From NCBI GenBank assembly GCA_025055575.1, contig JANWWP010000034.1:64273-128272 (forward strand): a stretch of DNA of 64,000 nucleotides. The letters run 5' to 3'. Both the position numbers and the translations under genes were made by a program. Of this stretch, positions 27,134 through 36,823 are shown piece after piece. The notes below the pieces were generated by a model. It ran no database searches, was not told the DNA's origin, and saw nothing but the letters and a program-made list of their open reading frames with translations. Position 1 is the first letter of the stretch. The number at the start of each line of letters is the position of its first letter. Source of the stretch: Flavobacteriales bacterium. GTDB taxonomy: Bacteria; Bacteroidota; Bacteroidia; CAIKAF01.

Positions 27134-29821
27134 TTAAAATTGTTGACCTATCATAAAGTGAAAAACGCCTTTCTGACGCATGTTTTCGGGCGTGTTGCGA
27201 ATGGGATCGAATCCGTAACCGTAATCAATACCCAGCAGTCCGAACATGGGCAGGAAAAGCCGCAGGCCCCCGCCCACGGAGCGATTGACACGAAAAGCGG
27301 TGAATTCCCTGAAGGAGTCCCATGCATTGCCGGCTTCCATAAATGCCAAAACAAAAATTTTAGCGCTGGGGTTGCCCGATATCAGGAAGCGCAACTCGGT
27401 AGTCATTTTGGCGTAGGCAGTGCCACCCGTAGGGGGTGTGGAGGGGCTGTAGCCCGGGGTGAGGGTGCCATCGCGATAACCACGCAAGGCTATGACTTCG
27501 CGGCCTAGAAACTGGTTGTTGAAACCAATGGCTGAGAGTCCGTCGCCGCCCAGCAGAAAGCGTTCAAAGGGCGGAGCGCCCAAGCGGGAGTTGTAGGCGC
27601 CCAGAACGCCTCCTTCAATCCGGTTGTAAAGCACCAGCTTTTGGGCCATTTTGGTGCCGCCAATACCCGAATAGAATTTTGCAGAAAACTTGAATTTATA
27701 GTATTCCAGAAGTCTGTATTTTTCTTCAGCCGGACGGTAGGGCAGATCCGGCTGGGGTCTCAGGAGGGAATAAGGCAGCGTACCCTCCGCGGAGAGCGAA
27801 AGATCGCTGCCCCGGCTGGGGAAGATGAATTCGTTGGTGGAATTTCTGGAAAGAACGGCCGCGAGGCTCAGTTTATGGGAGGTGCCATTGGTGAAGCCGG
27901 GTATCAGGGTATAATTTCTCAGATTGTAGCGTTCGTAGCGCAGGGTGAAAAGAATATTAAAAAAATCGTCAGGCCACCGCAGTCTTTGCCCGAGCGAAGA
28001 GAACACACTGGTGCTCATAATGCGGCCGCTAGATCCGGAAAGATTCCCCAGATTGTTCATCGAATGGAAAGCCCCCACGGTGAAGGCCAGGGGCTTTTTA
28101 CCTCCCAGCCAGGGCTCTGTGAAAGAAAGATTATAGCTTTGAAAAAAGCGGCCGTTGCTCATCAGGCGCACCGAAAGACGCTGGCCATCCCCGGAAGGCA
28201 CAGGCTTCCAAGCCGAACGGTTGAAAAAATTACGGGTAGAAAAATTATTGAATGTGACACCCATGGTGCCCACCAGCATGCGGTTGCCCCAACCGCCGGA
28301 GAGTTCCACCTGGTCGTTAGGCTGCTCTTCCACCACATATTCAATATCCACCGTACCGTCCTGCGGATTCGGCTTTGGAAGCACATTCATAGCCTGCGGG
28401 TTGAAGTAGCCCAGCTGAGACAACTCCTGCTGGGTGCGGATGATGTCCGCGCGGCTGAAGAGGTCTCCGGGACGGGTGCGCACTTCGCGCAAAATCACAT
28501 GGTCGCTGGTCTTGGTGTTGCCGGTGATGGTGACCCGATTTACGCGGGCTTGGCGTCCCTCATAAATCCGAAACTCCAAATCCACAGAATCCCCCACCAC
28601 GGCAGTTTCCACGGGCGTGATTTGAAAAAACAAATAACCGTTGTCCTGGTACAGCGACGATACGTCCAGTCCATTCGGATTGAAATTGATAACGTTTTCA
28701 ATGCGTTCCCGGTCGTAGAGGTCGCCTTTTTTTAAGCCCGCTATCTTTTGAAGTTCCTCGGTTTTAAACTTGGTATTGCCAATCCAACTGATATTGCGCA
28801 AATAAAATTTCCGGCCTTCGGAGATCCGCATCCGAATTTTCAGGTCGCCGCTTTTCATCATCACGGTATCCCATTCGATGATGGCATCGCGGAAACCTTT
28901 TTTATTGTAGGCACGGATCACCGCTTCTTTGTCGTTTTCGTATTCGCTTTCAATGAATTTGGAGGACTTGAATATGTTAATCCGGGCTTTTGTACGAATA
29001 TATTTCCACACCAACTGGTAAAAATTATACTTTTCATCGTCTTTGCGGATGGCCTGTAAAGCGCTTCGCGGGCGGGTGATGAGTTGGGCCAGATCTTTGT
29101 GCACCTCAAAGCGGCTGCGTTCAATGGTTTTTTTCATGGCCCGCTTCACTTCGTAATCATCGAGGGCTTCATTGCCTTCGATATCAATACGATCAATCCG
29201 CACCTTTTCTCCTTTGTCAATATGGATTTTCAGCAAAACCCCTTTTTCGGTGCCGGATGTATCGGGCAAGGTTTCAATGTCCACCTGTGCCGCCAGAAAA
29301 CCTTTATCATCATAAAAATCTTTGATGCGATAGCGGGTGCTCATGATCAGGTGCTCATTCACCACCTCCCCTTTGAATAATTTGATTTTGTCCCTTAAAT
29401 CGTCCTGTTGGCCTTTGGGGATGCCCCGGAAAGTGAATTTTGTAAGGCGGGGTTTTTCTTCCACATAAATGTTGAGAAAGATCTTACCCTCCTGGATGCG
29501 GGTGACGTAGATGCGCACATCCGAAAAAACTTTTTCGGCCCAAAGTTTCCGGATGGCCGAAGCAAACCGGGGCCCGGGCATGGTCACTTTGTCTCCGATC
29601 GTGAAGCCAGAAATGTAGGAGATATAAGTTTTGTCCACTCGGGCGCCCGGTGGGCCGGAAACTTCGATGCCGGCAATTTCATACTCCGCACCGTGGGCGT
29701 AGTCCACCACTTCGGCTGAATCTGGACGGATCGGATCGGGTTGTTGGCAAAATACGGAGGGAAGCGCTGCCCACATCCATGCCAGAAGACAGAAAAAAAG
29801 GCGGGATGGTGGGCAAAACAT
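27134..29821 (-). CDS. bamA: Outer membrane protein assembly factor BamA (Omp85; POTRA repeats plus beta-barrel)
   Basis: 895 aa, signal peptide, five POTRA-like repeats, C-terminal Omp85 barrel ending …GIDYGYGFD…HFMIGQQF. Conserved uppS-bamA-skp order. Confidence 0.9.
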   Translation of the reverse strand: MFCPPSRLFFCLLAWMWAALPSVFCQQPDPIRPDSAEVVDYAHGAEYEIAGIEVSGPPGARVDKTYISYISGFTIGDKVTMPGPRFASAIRKLWAEKVFSDVRIYVTRIQEGKIFLNIYVEEKPRLTKFTFRGIPKGQQDDLRDKIKLFKGEVVNEHLIMSTRYRIKDFYDDKGFLAAQVDIETLPDTSGTEKGVLLKIHIDKGEKVRIDRIDIEGNEALDDYEVKRAMKKTIERSRFEVHKDLAQLITRPRSALQAIRKDDEKYNFYQLVWKYIRTKARINIFKSSKFIESEYENDKEAVIRAYNKKGFRDAIIEWDTVMMKSGDLKIRMRISEGRKFYLRNISWIGNTKFKTEELQKIAGLKKGDLYDRERIENVINFNPNGLDVSSLYQDNGYLFFQITPVETAVVGDSVDLEFRIYEGRQARVNRVTITGNTKTSDHVILREVRTRPGDLFSRADIIRTQQELSQLGYFNPQAMNVLPKPNPQDGTVDIEYVVEEQPNDQVELSGGWGNRMLVGTMGVTFNNFSTRNFFNRSAWKPVPSGDGQRLSVRLMSNGRFFQSYNLSFTEPWLGGKKPLAFTVGAFHSMNNLGNLSGSSGRIMSTSVFSSLGQRLRWPDDFFNILFTLRYERYNLRNYTLIPGFTNGTSHKLSLAAVLSRNSTNEFIFPSRGSDLSLSAEGTLPYSLLRPQPDLPYRPAEEKYRLLEYYKFKFSAKFYSGIGGTKMAQKLVLYNRIEGGVLGAYNSRLGAPPFERFLLGGDGLSAIGFNNQFLGREVIALRGYRDGTLTPGYSPSTPPTGGTAYAKMTTELRFLISGNPSAKIFVLAFMEAGNAWDSFREFTAFRVNRSVGGGLRLFLPMFGLLGIDYGYGFDPIRNTPENMRQKGVFHFMIGQQF

Positions 29822-29834
29822 GGTCTCGATAACG

Positions 29835-30623
29835 TTAATCTGTTTTTTTTATTGCGGCCCGCGCTGGCTTTAGGTGGGCCTGCCCCACAATCTGTTCATC
29901 TGTGAGGCCAAAACGGCGTTGGCGCCGCTGGAATTCGGCCACGGCTTCAAACAAATGCGTACGCTTGAAGTCGGGCCATAGCACGGGTGTGAAGTACAGC
30001 TCCGTGTAGGCGATCTGCCACAACAGAAAATTGCTGATGCGTTGTTCGCCGCTGGTGCGGATGAGCAATTCAGGGTCGGGCAAAGGCCAGGAAGCCATGT
30101 TCTGGCGCAGGATATCGTCCGAAATGTCAGAAGGCCGCAGCATGCCGGCTTCCACTTTTTCAGCAATTTTCCGGACAGCTTCCAGAATCTCCCATCGGGC
30201 GCTGTAGCTGAGCGCCAGATTGAAGTTCAACCGTTGGTTGTGGCGGGTTTGTTCCATGGCTTTTTCCAGGTTTTTCCGCGCGCGCGACGGCAGGCTATCC
30301 AGGTCTCCAAAAGCGGAAAGCCGGACCCCGTTGCGGTCCATTGTAGGCACTTCCGAGTGAAGGGATTTTACAAGCAAACTCATGAGGGCATCCACTTCCG
30401 ATTTTGGCCTTTGCCAATTCTCAGTGGAAAATGCAAACACGGTGAGGTAAGAAACCCCTATTTCCACGCAGCCTTCGACAGCTTCGCGCACAGCTTCTAC
30501 CCCTTTGTTATGACCAAGATAGCGCTTCAGACCGCGGGAGGTGGCCCACCTTCCGTTGCCGTCCATAATGATGGCGATGTGTCGGGGAATCCGCTCCGGA
30601 TCCAACGCCTCTTTTCCGCTCAT
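29835..30623 (-). CDS. uppS: Isoprenyl transferase (undecaprenyl pyrophosphate synthase)
   Basis: HIAIIMDGNGRWA and FSTENWQRP UPP synthase motifs. Confidence 0.9.
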   Translation of the reverse strand: MSGKEALDPERIPRHIAIIMDGNGRWATSRGLKRYLGHNKGVEAVREAVEGCVEIGVSYLTVFAFSTENWQRPKSEVDALMSLLVKSLHSEVPTMDRNGVRLSAFGDLDSLPSRARKNLEKAMEQTRHNQRLNFNLALSYSARWEILEAVRKIAEKVEAGMLRPSDISDDILRQNMASWPLPDPELLIRTSGEQRISNFLLWQIAYTELYFTPVLWPDFKRTHLFEAVAEFQRRQRRFGLTDEQIVGQAHLKPARAAIKKTD

Positions 30624-30653
30624 GCAGAGGGCAAAAGTAATACGCGCCGGAGG

Positions 30654-31529
30654 CTAAAAAGTGGTGGTTTTTTTCTTAAAAATGCGGGGAAATCTGTACT
30701 TGTGCCGAAAACGCCAACAGTCTCCCCGCGGGTTGGGAATACGCACGGTAAGATGCAGTCCGGCATAGGAGTACCAGTCTTTCGTATAACGAAAACCTCT
30801 TTGACGGTTGGTGTTATCCACCAGGACAAGCCGAGACTGGTCGGCCAGTTCTACGGCTATTTTTCCGGAATATTGGCTCAGCAGCGCAGGATCCACATAT
30901 ACCGTGCTCACATCATCCAAATAGTCGGTGAGGGTGAGACGCATACCCCATTCGGCCGTAATGCTCACGCCTTTGAAGGGATTGTATTTTAAACCGATGC
31001 CAAAGGGGAACATGGGTTGAATGGGCCGGTAGGGACGGCGGTAGTCAGGAATGTTCTGCCCTTCTGTACCCAATTGCCGCAGGTCCACCACCAATAGGTT
31101 GTAGCTGGTTTGAGGATTCATGTAAAAAGCGCCGGCCCCAAGAAATAGGTAGGGTGTGATGAAAAAGCGTTTGGCATTGCCGGGTTCAAAAGCAAAGAAA
31201 TTGAATTCCAGAGTGGCTGCGGCTTCGGCGATAGGGCTTACAAAGCGGAGATTGCGGGTGTGCTGATAACCATTTCGGCTTTTAAGGTCATCGGCTCCCA
31301 CACGGCCATAGAGAGCCATAGCACGCAGGGAGAAGTGATAATCCAGGTTGCGCTTGTACAGCACCCCAAAAGCGGGATACACCTTTTTAAAATGGGTAAT
31401 GGGGTTTAAATCCCCCAGATAATAAGAGACGCCTCCCGTCACTCCCAGTTCATGATTTTGAGGGAATATCCAGTGTGATTCGCTTGCAAAAACGACCAGC
31501 GCAATAACAAAATGCAAAAAACGAAACAC
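30654..31529 (-). CDS. Outer-membrane beta-barrel protein (DUF6089-like), paralog 1
   Basis: Signal peptide, beta-barrel-like alternating pattern. Shares the motif LTDYLDDVSTVYVDPALL with the next gene. Confidence 0.45.
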   Translation of the reverse strand: MFRFLHFVIALVVFASESHWIFPQNHELGVTGGVSYYLGDLNPITHFKKVYPAFGVLYKRNLDYHFSLRAMALYGRVGADDLKSRNGYQHTRNLRFVSPIAEAAATLEFNFFAFEPGNAKRFFITPYLFLGAGAFYMNPQTSYNLLVVDLRQLGTEGQNIPDYRRPYRPIQPMFPFGIGLKYNPFKGVSITAEWGMRLTLTDYLDDVSTVYVDPALLSQYSGKIAVELADQSRLVLVDNTNRQRGFRYTKDWYSYAGLHLTVRIPNPRGDCWRFRHKYRFPRIFKKKTTTF

Positions 31530-31568
31530 GCCGTATCTTTTAACGGCATGTATTAGGGAATGTTGCGT

Positions 31569-32546
31569 TTAAAAGAATTTTGGGATGGTGCCGCGGCCCC
31601 CGCCCGCTAAACGGTAATAAACATGCAGCATGAGGGACATGTAGGCATCTTTGTCCCGTGGGTCTCCCCGCTGTTCTCCGGGGCGGGTTTGGTTGGGGTC
31701 GCCCCCATTACCCCACAGATCGCTGTACATGCTTTTATCAGCCATTAGAGCGGAAAGCTGTTTGTTGGGCGATGAGGTTTGGTTTAAAATCGCCGGGCTC
31801 ACATAGGTGGTGCTGACATCATCAAGGTAATCAGAAAATGTCTGACGCATAGAGCCCTCTATGCCGATACGCCAATCCTCTGCAACGCGAAATGTGGCGC
31901 CCAGGCCATAGGTGACAACATAGGTGAAACGAGAATATTTGGGCCGCGCATTGATGACGCCCTGGCCTTCCGTGCACAGGGGCTGAAGAGAAACCCATGT
32001 GTTGGTCTCAGGATTCTGTCCTCTAGGATTGAAATAAACTCCATGAAATCCTGCATGGACATACAATTCCATCGGATTGGATTTTTTTTGTTTGATACCG
32101 GCGAGTTTGTATCGGGAGGCCTGTTTTCCTTCCTTGATTATATATCCTTCAAGTTGTGTTCCCAATTCAAAAACGGGCGCTCTAAAGTTCAGGTTTCTAA
32201 ACCGCCGGTTGGGTTGCTGGGTCCATTTATCATCCCCGCGCAGGCGGGCGTAAGTGAATTGAAACTTTTGTGCAAAGCGGGGAATGTAAAAATATTTGGC
32301 CCCCATCTGATAAGACCATCGCGTGGCCTGAATATCGAAATCCTTAGCAAAGTTGGTGCCTATGTCGTTGGAGCCCCCGAGTTCCCCCAGGAAGTTGGTG
32401 GCGCCAAAACCGGCATACACTTCCCACCAGCTTGTTTTCTGGCCAAATCGAGTGAAACTGCGGTATCGGTAACCCCGGCTGGCCTGACTCCAGGATTCCA
32501 CACAGAAGCAGGCCAGAAATAAAATCAGCAGGAATGCGTTTTTCAT
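31569..32546 (-). CDS. Outer-membrane beta-barrel protein (DUF6089-like), paralog 2
   Basis: Signal peptide MKNAFLLILFLACFCVESWSQ. Shares the motif FSDYLDDVSTTYVSPAIL with the preceding gene. Confidence 0.45.
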   Translation of the reverse strand: MKNAFLLILFLACFCVESWSQASRGYRYRSFTRFGQKTSWWEVYAGFGATNFLGELGGSNDIGTNFAKDFDIQATRWSYQMGAKYFYIPRFAQKFQFTYARLRGDDKWTQQPNRRFRNLNFRAPVFELGTQLEGYIIKEGKQASRYKLAGIKQKKSNPMELYVHAGFHGVYFNPRGQNPETNTWVSLQPLCTEGQGVINARPKYSRFTYVVTYGLGATFRVAEDWRIGIEGSMRQTFSDYLDDVSTTYVSPAILNQTSSPNKQLSALMADKSMYSDLWGNGGDPNQTRPGEQRGDPRDKDAYMSLMLHVYYRLAGGGRGTIPKFF

Positions 32547-32617
32547 GCTGGTTAAAATTAAGTTTGTGCAAATATAAGCAAACCCTTAATAAGCAAGGGA
32601 TTTTTCTGAATATTTTA

Positions 32618-33763
32618 ATGGGTAGGCCCCACAGGTTCTGTAAGGTGATTAATTTCGTTCCGGGAAAACAGGGTGTGGGTTTGAGTTTTGTTAATTTTTT
32701 TTTCATCATCTTTTTGTGGGTATGGCTCCTGCCCGCAGGAGCCCAAATTGGCGGAAGCGCGGTTTTCATGGAAAATCTCTTGCCCGGCTCAGCGCGTGTG
32801 GAAGCGTTGGGGGGGCGCGTGAACAGCCTGTTTGAAAAAGATCCCGGCCTGGTTTGGCACAACCCGGCCCTGAATAATGCAGGCCAGCATCGCATGGCCT
32901 CCCTGGGCCTCACCTCATATTTTGCCGGTATTACGGCGGGTCAGTTGGCCTATTCACATAGCTTGGACAGCGCCTGGCATCTCCATGGAGCTTTGCGTTT
33001 CCTGAATTACGGCAAATTTGAAGGCTACGATGAATTTGGGAACTTCACGGGCGCTTTCGGGGTCGCTACTTACGGACTAAACCTTTCGGTAGCCCACACC
33101 TTGGCTCGGCGTTTTCAGATGGGGCTTGGACTCAAAATGTATTATGGTCAGGCTGCCGCACTCACAAGCCTGGCCATGGGCTTGGACATGGGCATTCTGT
33201 ATGTAAGTGCTGACCGACTCTTCACGACCACGCTCCAGGCCTGCGATATTGGACTGCAGTTGAAAACCTTTGATCGCGCCCAACGGGAACCCTTGCCATT
33301 CCGAATCAATGCCGGCGCATCTGTTCGTTTTCCGCGCGTGCCACTGCGTCTGCATACCATGATCCACAACCTTCAAAAACCCGATTTGTCGTACACCGAT
33401 CCCTTGTTGGCCTCCGAAACCGATATTTCCGGGCAGCTGGTTTACCGGCCTCCTTCGTTGGGGAATAAAATTTTGCGCCACTTTGTTTTTGGCGCCGAGC
33501 TTATGCCTTTTAAAGGTGTGGTTCAGGCACGATTGGGTTACAATTTCCAGCGCCGCTTTGAGATGAAGGCCCGTTCCCGGGGCGCCCTGGTGGGGCTCAC
33601 CTGGGGGCTCGGGCTTAGAATTCAAAGGTTCGAATTGCAGTATGCCCGGGGTGCGTATCACCTGGCCGGCTCGCCCAATACTTTCACACTCAATATAGAT
33701 TTAAAAAAGCGTCCCCCGCGATCCCGGGAAAAGAGGAAAGCGTCAGAACAAGCCCGGCCATGA
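32618..33763 (+). CDS. T9SS-associated outer-membrane beta-barrel protein, PorQ-like
   Basis: Signal peptide …WVWLLPAGAQ. N-terminal LLPGSARVEALGG…HNPALNNAG motif typical of the PorP/PorQ/FadL-like barrel superfamily. Immediately upstream of cmk, which is where porQ sits in Porphyromonas and many Bacteroidetes (from memory). Start uncertain. Confidence 0.45.
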   Translation: MGRPHRFCKVINFVPGKQGVGLSFVNFFFIIFLWVWLLPAGAQIGGSAVFMENLLPGSARVEALGGRVNSLFEKDPGLVWHNPALNNAGQHRMASLGLTSYFAGITAGQLAYSHSLDSAWHLHGALRFLNYGKFEGYDEFGNFTGAFGVATYGLNLSVAHTLARRFQMGLGLKMYYGQAAALTSLAMGLDMGILYVSADRLFTTTLQACDIGLQLKTFDRAQREPLPFRINAGASVRFPRVPLRLHTMIHNLQKPDLSYTDPLLASETDISGQLVYRPPSLGNKILRHFVFGAELMPFKGVVQARLGYNFQRRFEMKARSRGALVGLTWGLGLRIQRFELQYARGAYHLAGSPNTFTLNIDLKKRPPRSREKRKASEQARP

Positions 33764-34461
33764 CAGAACGCCGTATCTCCATAGCGATTGATGGCCATTC
33801 TTCCTGCGGAAAAAGCACTCTGGCCCGCGATGTGGCTCAGAGGCTTGGGTATGCGCATGTGGATTCGGGAGCGATGTACAGGGCTATGGCCCTGGCTTTG
33901 CTGCGCGATGGGTTAACTCCGTCCGAATTAGCCGATAACGAATCCGCCCAGAGGGAATTTCTGGCACGGCATACTCTGGAAGCAAAAATTTCCTCTGAAG
34001 GCAAGGTGGAATTGTGGCTCGATGGAAAAAAGGAAGAAGAGGCCCTGCGCCTGCCTGAGGTGGCTGCCGTGGTGAGCGAGGTGAGCGCCTGGCCTCTGGT
34101 TCGCAGTAAAATGCACGCCCTTCAACGTGAACTTGCAGCCTGTGGCGGGGTGGTGATGGATGGGCGCGACATCGGCACAGTGGTGTTGCCAGAGGCGGAC
34201 TTGAAGATTTTTCTGACCGCCAGCCTTCCCGTCCGTGTGGAACGCCGGCGCAAAGAACTGGAATCCAAGGGTATTTTTCTGAGAAATGAGGAGGTGGAGG
34301 AAAATTTAAAAAAAAGGGATTATTTAGATACCCATAGGCCTTTTGACCCATTACGAAAAGCCTCGGATGCCCGAGTTCTGGACAATTCTTATCTCACACG
34401 GGAAGAACAAACAATGGAGGTCATGAGATGGGTGCAACAAATATTGGGCGGCTCTTTTTGA
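33760..34461 (+). CDS. cmk: Cytidylate kinase
   Basis: ISIAIDGHSSCGKSTLARDVAQRLGYAHVDSGAMYRA is a P-loop plus cmk signature. Confidence 0.9.
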   Translation: MTERRISIAIDGHSSCGKSTLARDVAQRLGYAHVDSGAMYRAMALALLRDGLTPSELADNESAQREFLARHTLEAKISSEGKVELWLDGKKEEEALRLPEVAAVVSEVSAWPLVRSKMHALQRELAACGGVVMDGRDIGTVVLPEADLKIFLTASLPVRVERRRKELESKGIFLRNEEVEENLKKRDYLDTHRPFDPLRKASDARVLDNSYLTREEQTMEVMRWVQQILGGSF

Positions 34462-35195
34462 TGGTTCACCAGAATATAAGGTTTTTTCAGGAACTCGGCT
34501 TCCTTCTACTATCTTTTTTTTTCTTTTTCGGAGGTTGCAGTGCGCCATCGGGCACACTTGAATTGCCGGACGTGTATGCAGAATCTCGGCTTGGACGCCA
34601 TCTCCTGATTTGCTTGAGGGAAAATTCTGGATGGGAAATTCAAAAATGGTCAGAAGGCCGAACCCCGAAGCACGCTTGGCTTCTATCCAGATTAAAGGAC
34701 CTGAGGGACCGCCTTTCATCATGGGAACAAATCCGGCCGGAGGGCCTAGAAATTTATGAAATTCGCGATGGCAGCCACTTGGGTTTGTATGCGCTTCCAG
34801 GCGGTATTGTCCTGATTGGGGGTGGCCTGCGTGCCTGTGTGGACCACTCTGAACAGGCCGAACTTTTGTTGATACACCTTTTGGCACATATGGCCCTCAG
34901 ACATCCATTGCAATTGCTTCTGCAGGAATATTCCCTGCATTACGTACAGGAGGTTTCCAATTCTCCACAGTTCAGGGTGGCTCTTCCCATGGCTTTTTCG
35001 GTGCTCACACAAGTGTATCCTGAGAAAATGGAGTCCGAAGCAGACAGTCTGGGATTTGCCTGGGGATTTCTAAACCAGGAAAAGGCGTCGCGGCGGCCTG
35101 AAATTTTGTCCCCTTGCATGGAGGATCCCGGAGAAGATGATCAAATCTCTATATCCTTGGCCCACCCGGCGTTGGTTCACGTGCGAAAACAGTGA
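34461..35195 (+). CDS. M48-peptidase-like lipoprotein with degenerate zinc motif (HLLAH in place of HExxH), putative pseudo-peptidase
   Basis: Lipobox FFFFGGCSA. The segment GLYALPGGIVLIGGGL…AELLLIHLLAHMALRH aligns with the M48 core A(L/F)PGG…ELAGVLAHEIGHVxxRH, but the catalytic Glu is Leu. ATG overlaps the cmk stop (TGATG). Confidence 0.5.
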   Translation: MVHQNIRFFQELGFLLLSFFFFFGGCSAPSGTLELPDVYAESRLGRHLLICLRENSGWEIQKWSEGRTPKHAWLLSRLKDLRDRLSSWEQIRPEGLEIYEIRDGSHLGLYALPGGIVLIGGGLRACVDHSEQAELLLIHLLAHMALRHPLQLLLQEYSLHYVQEVSNSPQFRVALPMAFSVLTQVYPEKMESEADSLGFAWGFLNQEKASRRPEILSPCMEDPGEDDQISISLAHPALVHVRKQ

Positions 35196-35207
35196 GCCCC
35201 CTAAGTT

Positions 35208-36728
35208 TTAATTGTTTTTTTCTTTTAGTTTGGTAAAAAGCGAACTAAAAGTCATCATTTCCCCTAAGTCGCTGATGGAAAGTTTTCCGCTGAACAAGGC
35301 CTGTTCCGGTCGAATTTTTCCTGTTTCCATATCGGCATACAGCGCAGCTTCGGTTTCTACGCTGCAGGAAGGTGTTCCCTGAAGACCCTCTTCTACAGTG
35401 CAAGTATCATTCAGGATGCGTACAGTGAATTCTCCTCCGCCAGGACCATGGAGTTTCAGATGCACACAGGCGGCATACTGCGGCATTTTGCCTTTTTTGA
35501 ACCGTTGAGGAAGACCGCGGACCAATTCAGCCGCCGACGGAGAAGGATGGGTTACGCTCTCGGATGCAGCCTGGGAATCATATACCGGATTATAAGCCAC
35601 CCCATCGAAAAGTATTTTGGCCACAATTTCACGCATCACCTCCGAACTGCCTCCGGCGATGGTGCCAGCTCTCACGTCGCGATACATGCGGGCTATGGGA
35701 TATTCTTCCATAAATCCATAGCCTCCGTAAATCTGGAGACATTCATCCGACACCCTTTTAGCCAACTCCGTGGCTTTAAGCTTGGCGATGCTGCACTCTT
35801 TCACGGCAAAAGCCCCTGAAGCGTGCAAGCGGCAAACATGCTCCACATAAGCCCGGGTGATTTCCACTTCGGCCGCCAAATCCGCCATGCGGTGGCGCAA
35901 CGCTTGAAATCGGCTGAGGGGGCGGCCAAAAGCCTCACGCTCGGTCATGTACTGCAGGGTTTTTTCCAGAGCCACTTCGCATCCGGCAATGGAAATGATG
36001 GCTGCGCTCAGACGTTCCATCTGAAAACTGTCCATGATATAATAAAAACCTTTATTTTCCTCTCCAATGAGATTTTCTGCGGGCACTTCCACATCGTCGA
36101 AATGTATTTCGGCCGTATCCGAACAGTGCCAACCCATTTTTTTGAGTTTGCTGCGCCGAACACCTGGCCAGCTTCCTTCTACCACAAACAAGGAGATGCC
36201 CGAGGCACCGGCTTCAGGCAATGTTTTGGCAGCCACCGTGATGAAATCAGCATAATATCCGTTGGTGATGAACACTTTGCTGCCGTTTATTAGATAGCGG
36301 TTGCCTTCGCGTCGGGCGGTAGTCCGAAGACCTGACACATCGCTGCCGGCAAAGGGCTCTGAGATGGCCAGCGCACCGATCAAATTCCCGCTGGCTGCCC
36401 CAGGCAGGTAGCGTTGTTTCAGAGCAGGGTGGCCCGCCCTCACAATATGGGGCACCGACATAAAAGTGTGGACGCTGAAGGCGGCGGCCAGCCCCCCAAA
36501 ACCCAGTCTTCCCAGTTCCTCCAAAAAAATTTTGCTCATTTCGAAGTCGCCGGCCGTGCCCCCAAAATCTTCCGGAATGTCCAGGCCCAGATAGCCAGCA
36601 GCCCCCATTTTTTGCCAACAGTTCCGTGGAATTTGTTCGGCTTCCTCCCATTGTTTGGCATACGGAAGCACTTCGTTTTGAAAAAACTGCCTTAAGGTGG
36701 CGCGAAAAAGGGCGTGGATTTCACTCAT
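35208..36728 (-). CDS. Acyl-CoA dehydrogenase fused to a C-terminal SCP2 sterol-carrier domain
   Basis: About 380 aa ACAD fold (FAD/CoA-binding patterns, catalytic Glu region YGGYGFMEEYPIARMYRD), then an about 110 aa C-terminus (…KLHGPGGGEFTVRILND…KLSISDLGEMMTFSSLF) typical of SCP2. Confidence 0.8.
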   Translation of the reverse strand: MSEIHALFRATLRQFFQNEVLPYAKQWEEAEQIPRNCWQKMGAAGYLGLDIPEDFGGTAGDFEMSKIFLEELGRLGFGGLAAAFSVHTFMSVPHIVRAGHPALKQRYLPGAASGNLIGALAISEPFAGSDVSGLRTTARREGNRYLINGSKVFITNGYYADFITVAAKTLPEAGASGISLFVVEGSWPGVRRSKLKKMGWHCSDTAEIHFDDVEVPAENLIGEENKGFYYIMDSFQMERLSAAIISIAGCEVALEKTLQYMTEREAFGRPLSRFQALRHRMADLAAEVEITRAYVEHVCRLHASGAFAVKECSIAKLKATELAKRVSDECLQIYGGYGFMEEYPIARMYRDVRAGTIAGGSSEVMREIVAKILFDGVAYNPVYDSQAASESVTHPSPSAAELVRGLPQRFKKGKMPQYAACVHLKLHGPGGGEFTVRILNDTCTVEEGLQGTPSCSVETEAALYADMETGKIRPEQALFSGKLSISDLGEMMTFSSLFTKLKEKNN

Positions 36729-36823
36729 ACCAGGCGTGTGTGTTCGTCTTAAAAAAAGAGGGCCCTAAAATAAACGACAACCCGAGGCGAAAGCGCGGAA
36801 TTGTCCGTAGCTACTTTTGAGCC

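Noticed and set aside
27641-28735. 364 aa plus-strand ORF
   Set aside because: Antisense within bamA. No motifs. bamA is unambiguous.
36729-36823. Possible SAM riboswitch upstream of the metB/metC-like gene (contains AAGAGGGCCC and CAACC fragments)
   Set aside because: Only fragmentary resemblance to the SAM-I core. Too short (95 nt) for a full SAM-I aptamer plus expression platform, and I could not build the P1-P4 helices by eye. An Rfam scan would settle it.
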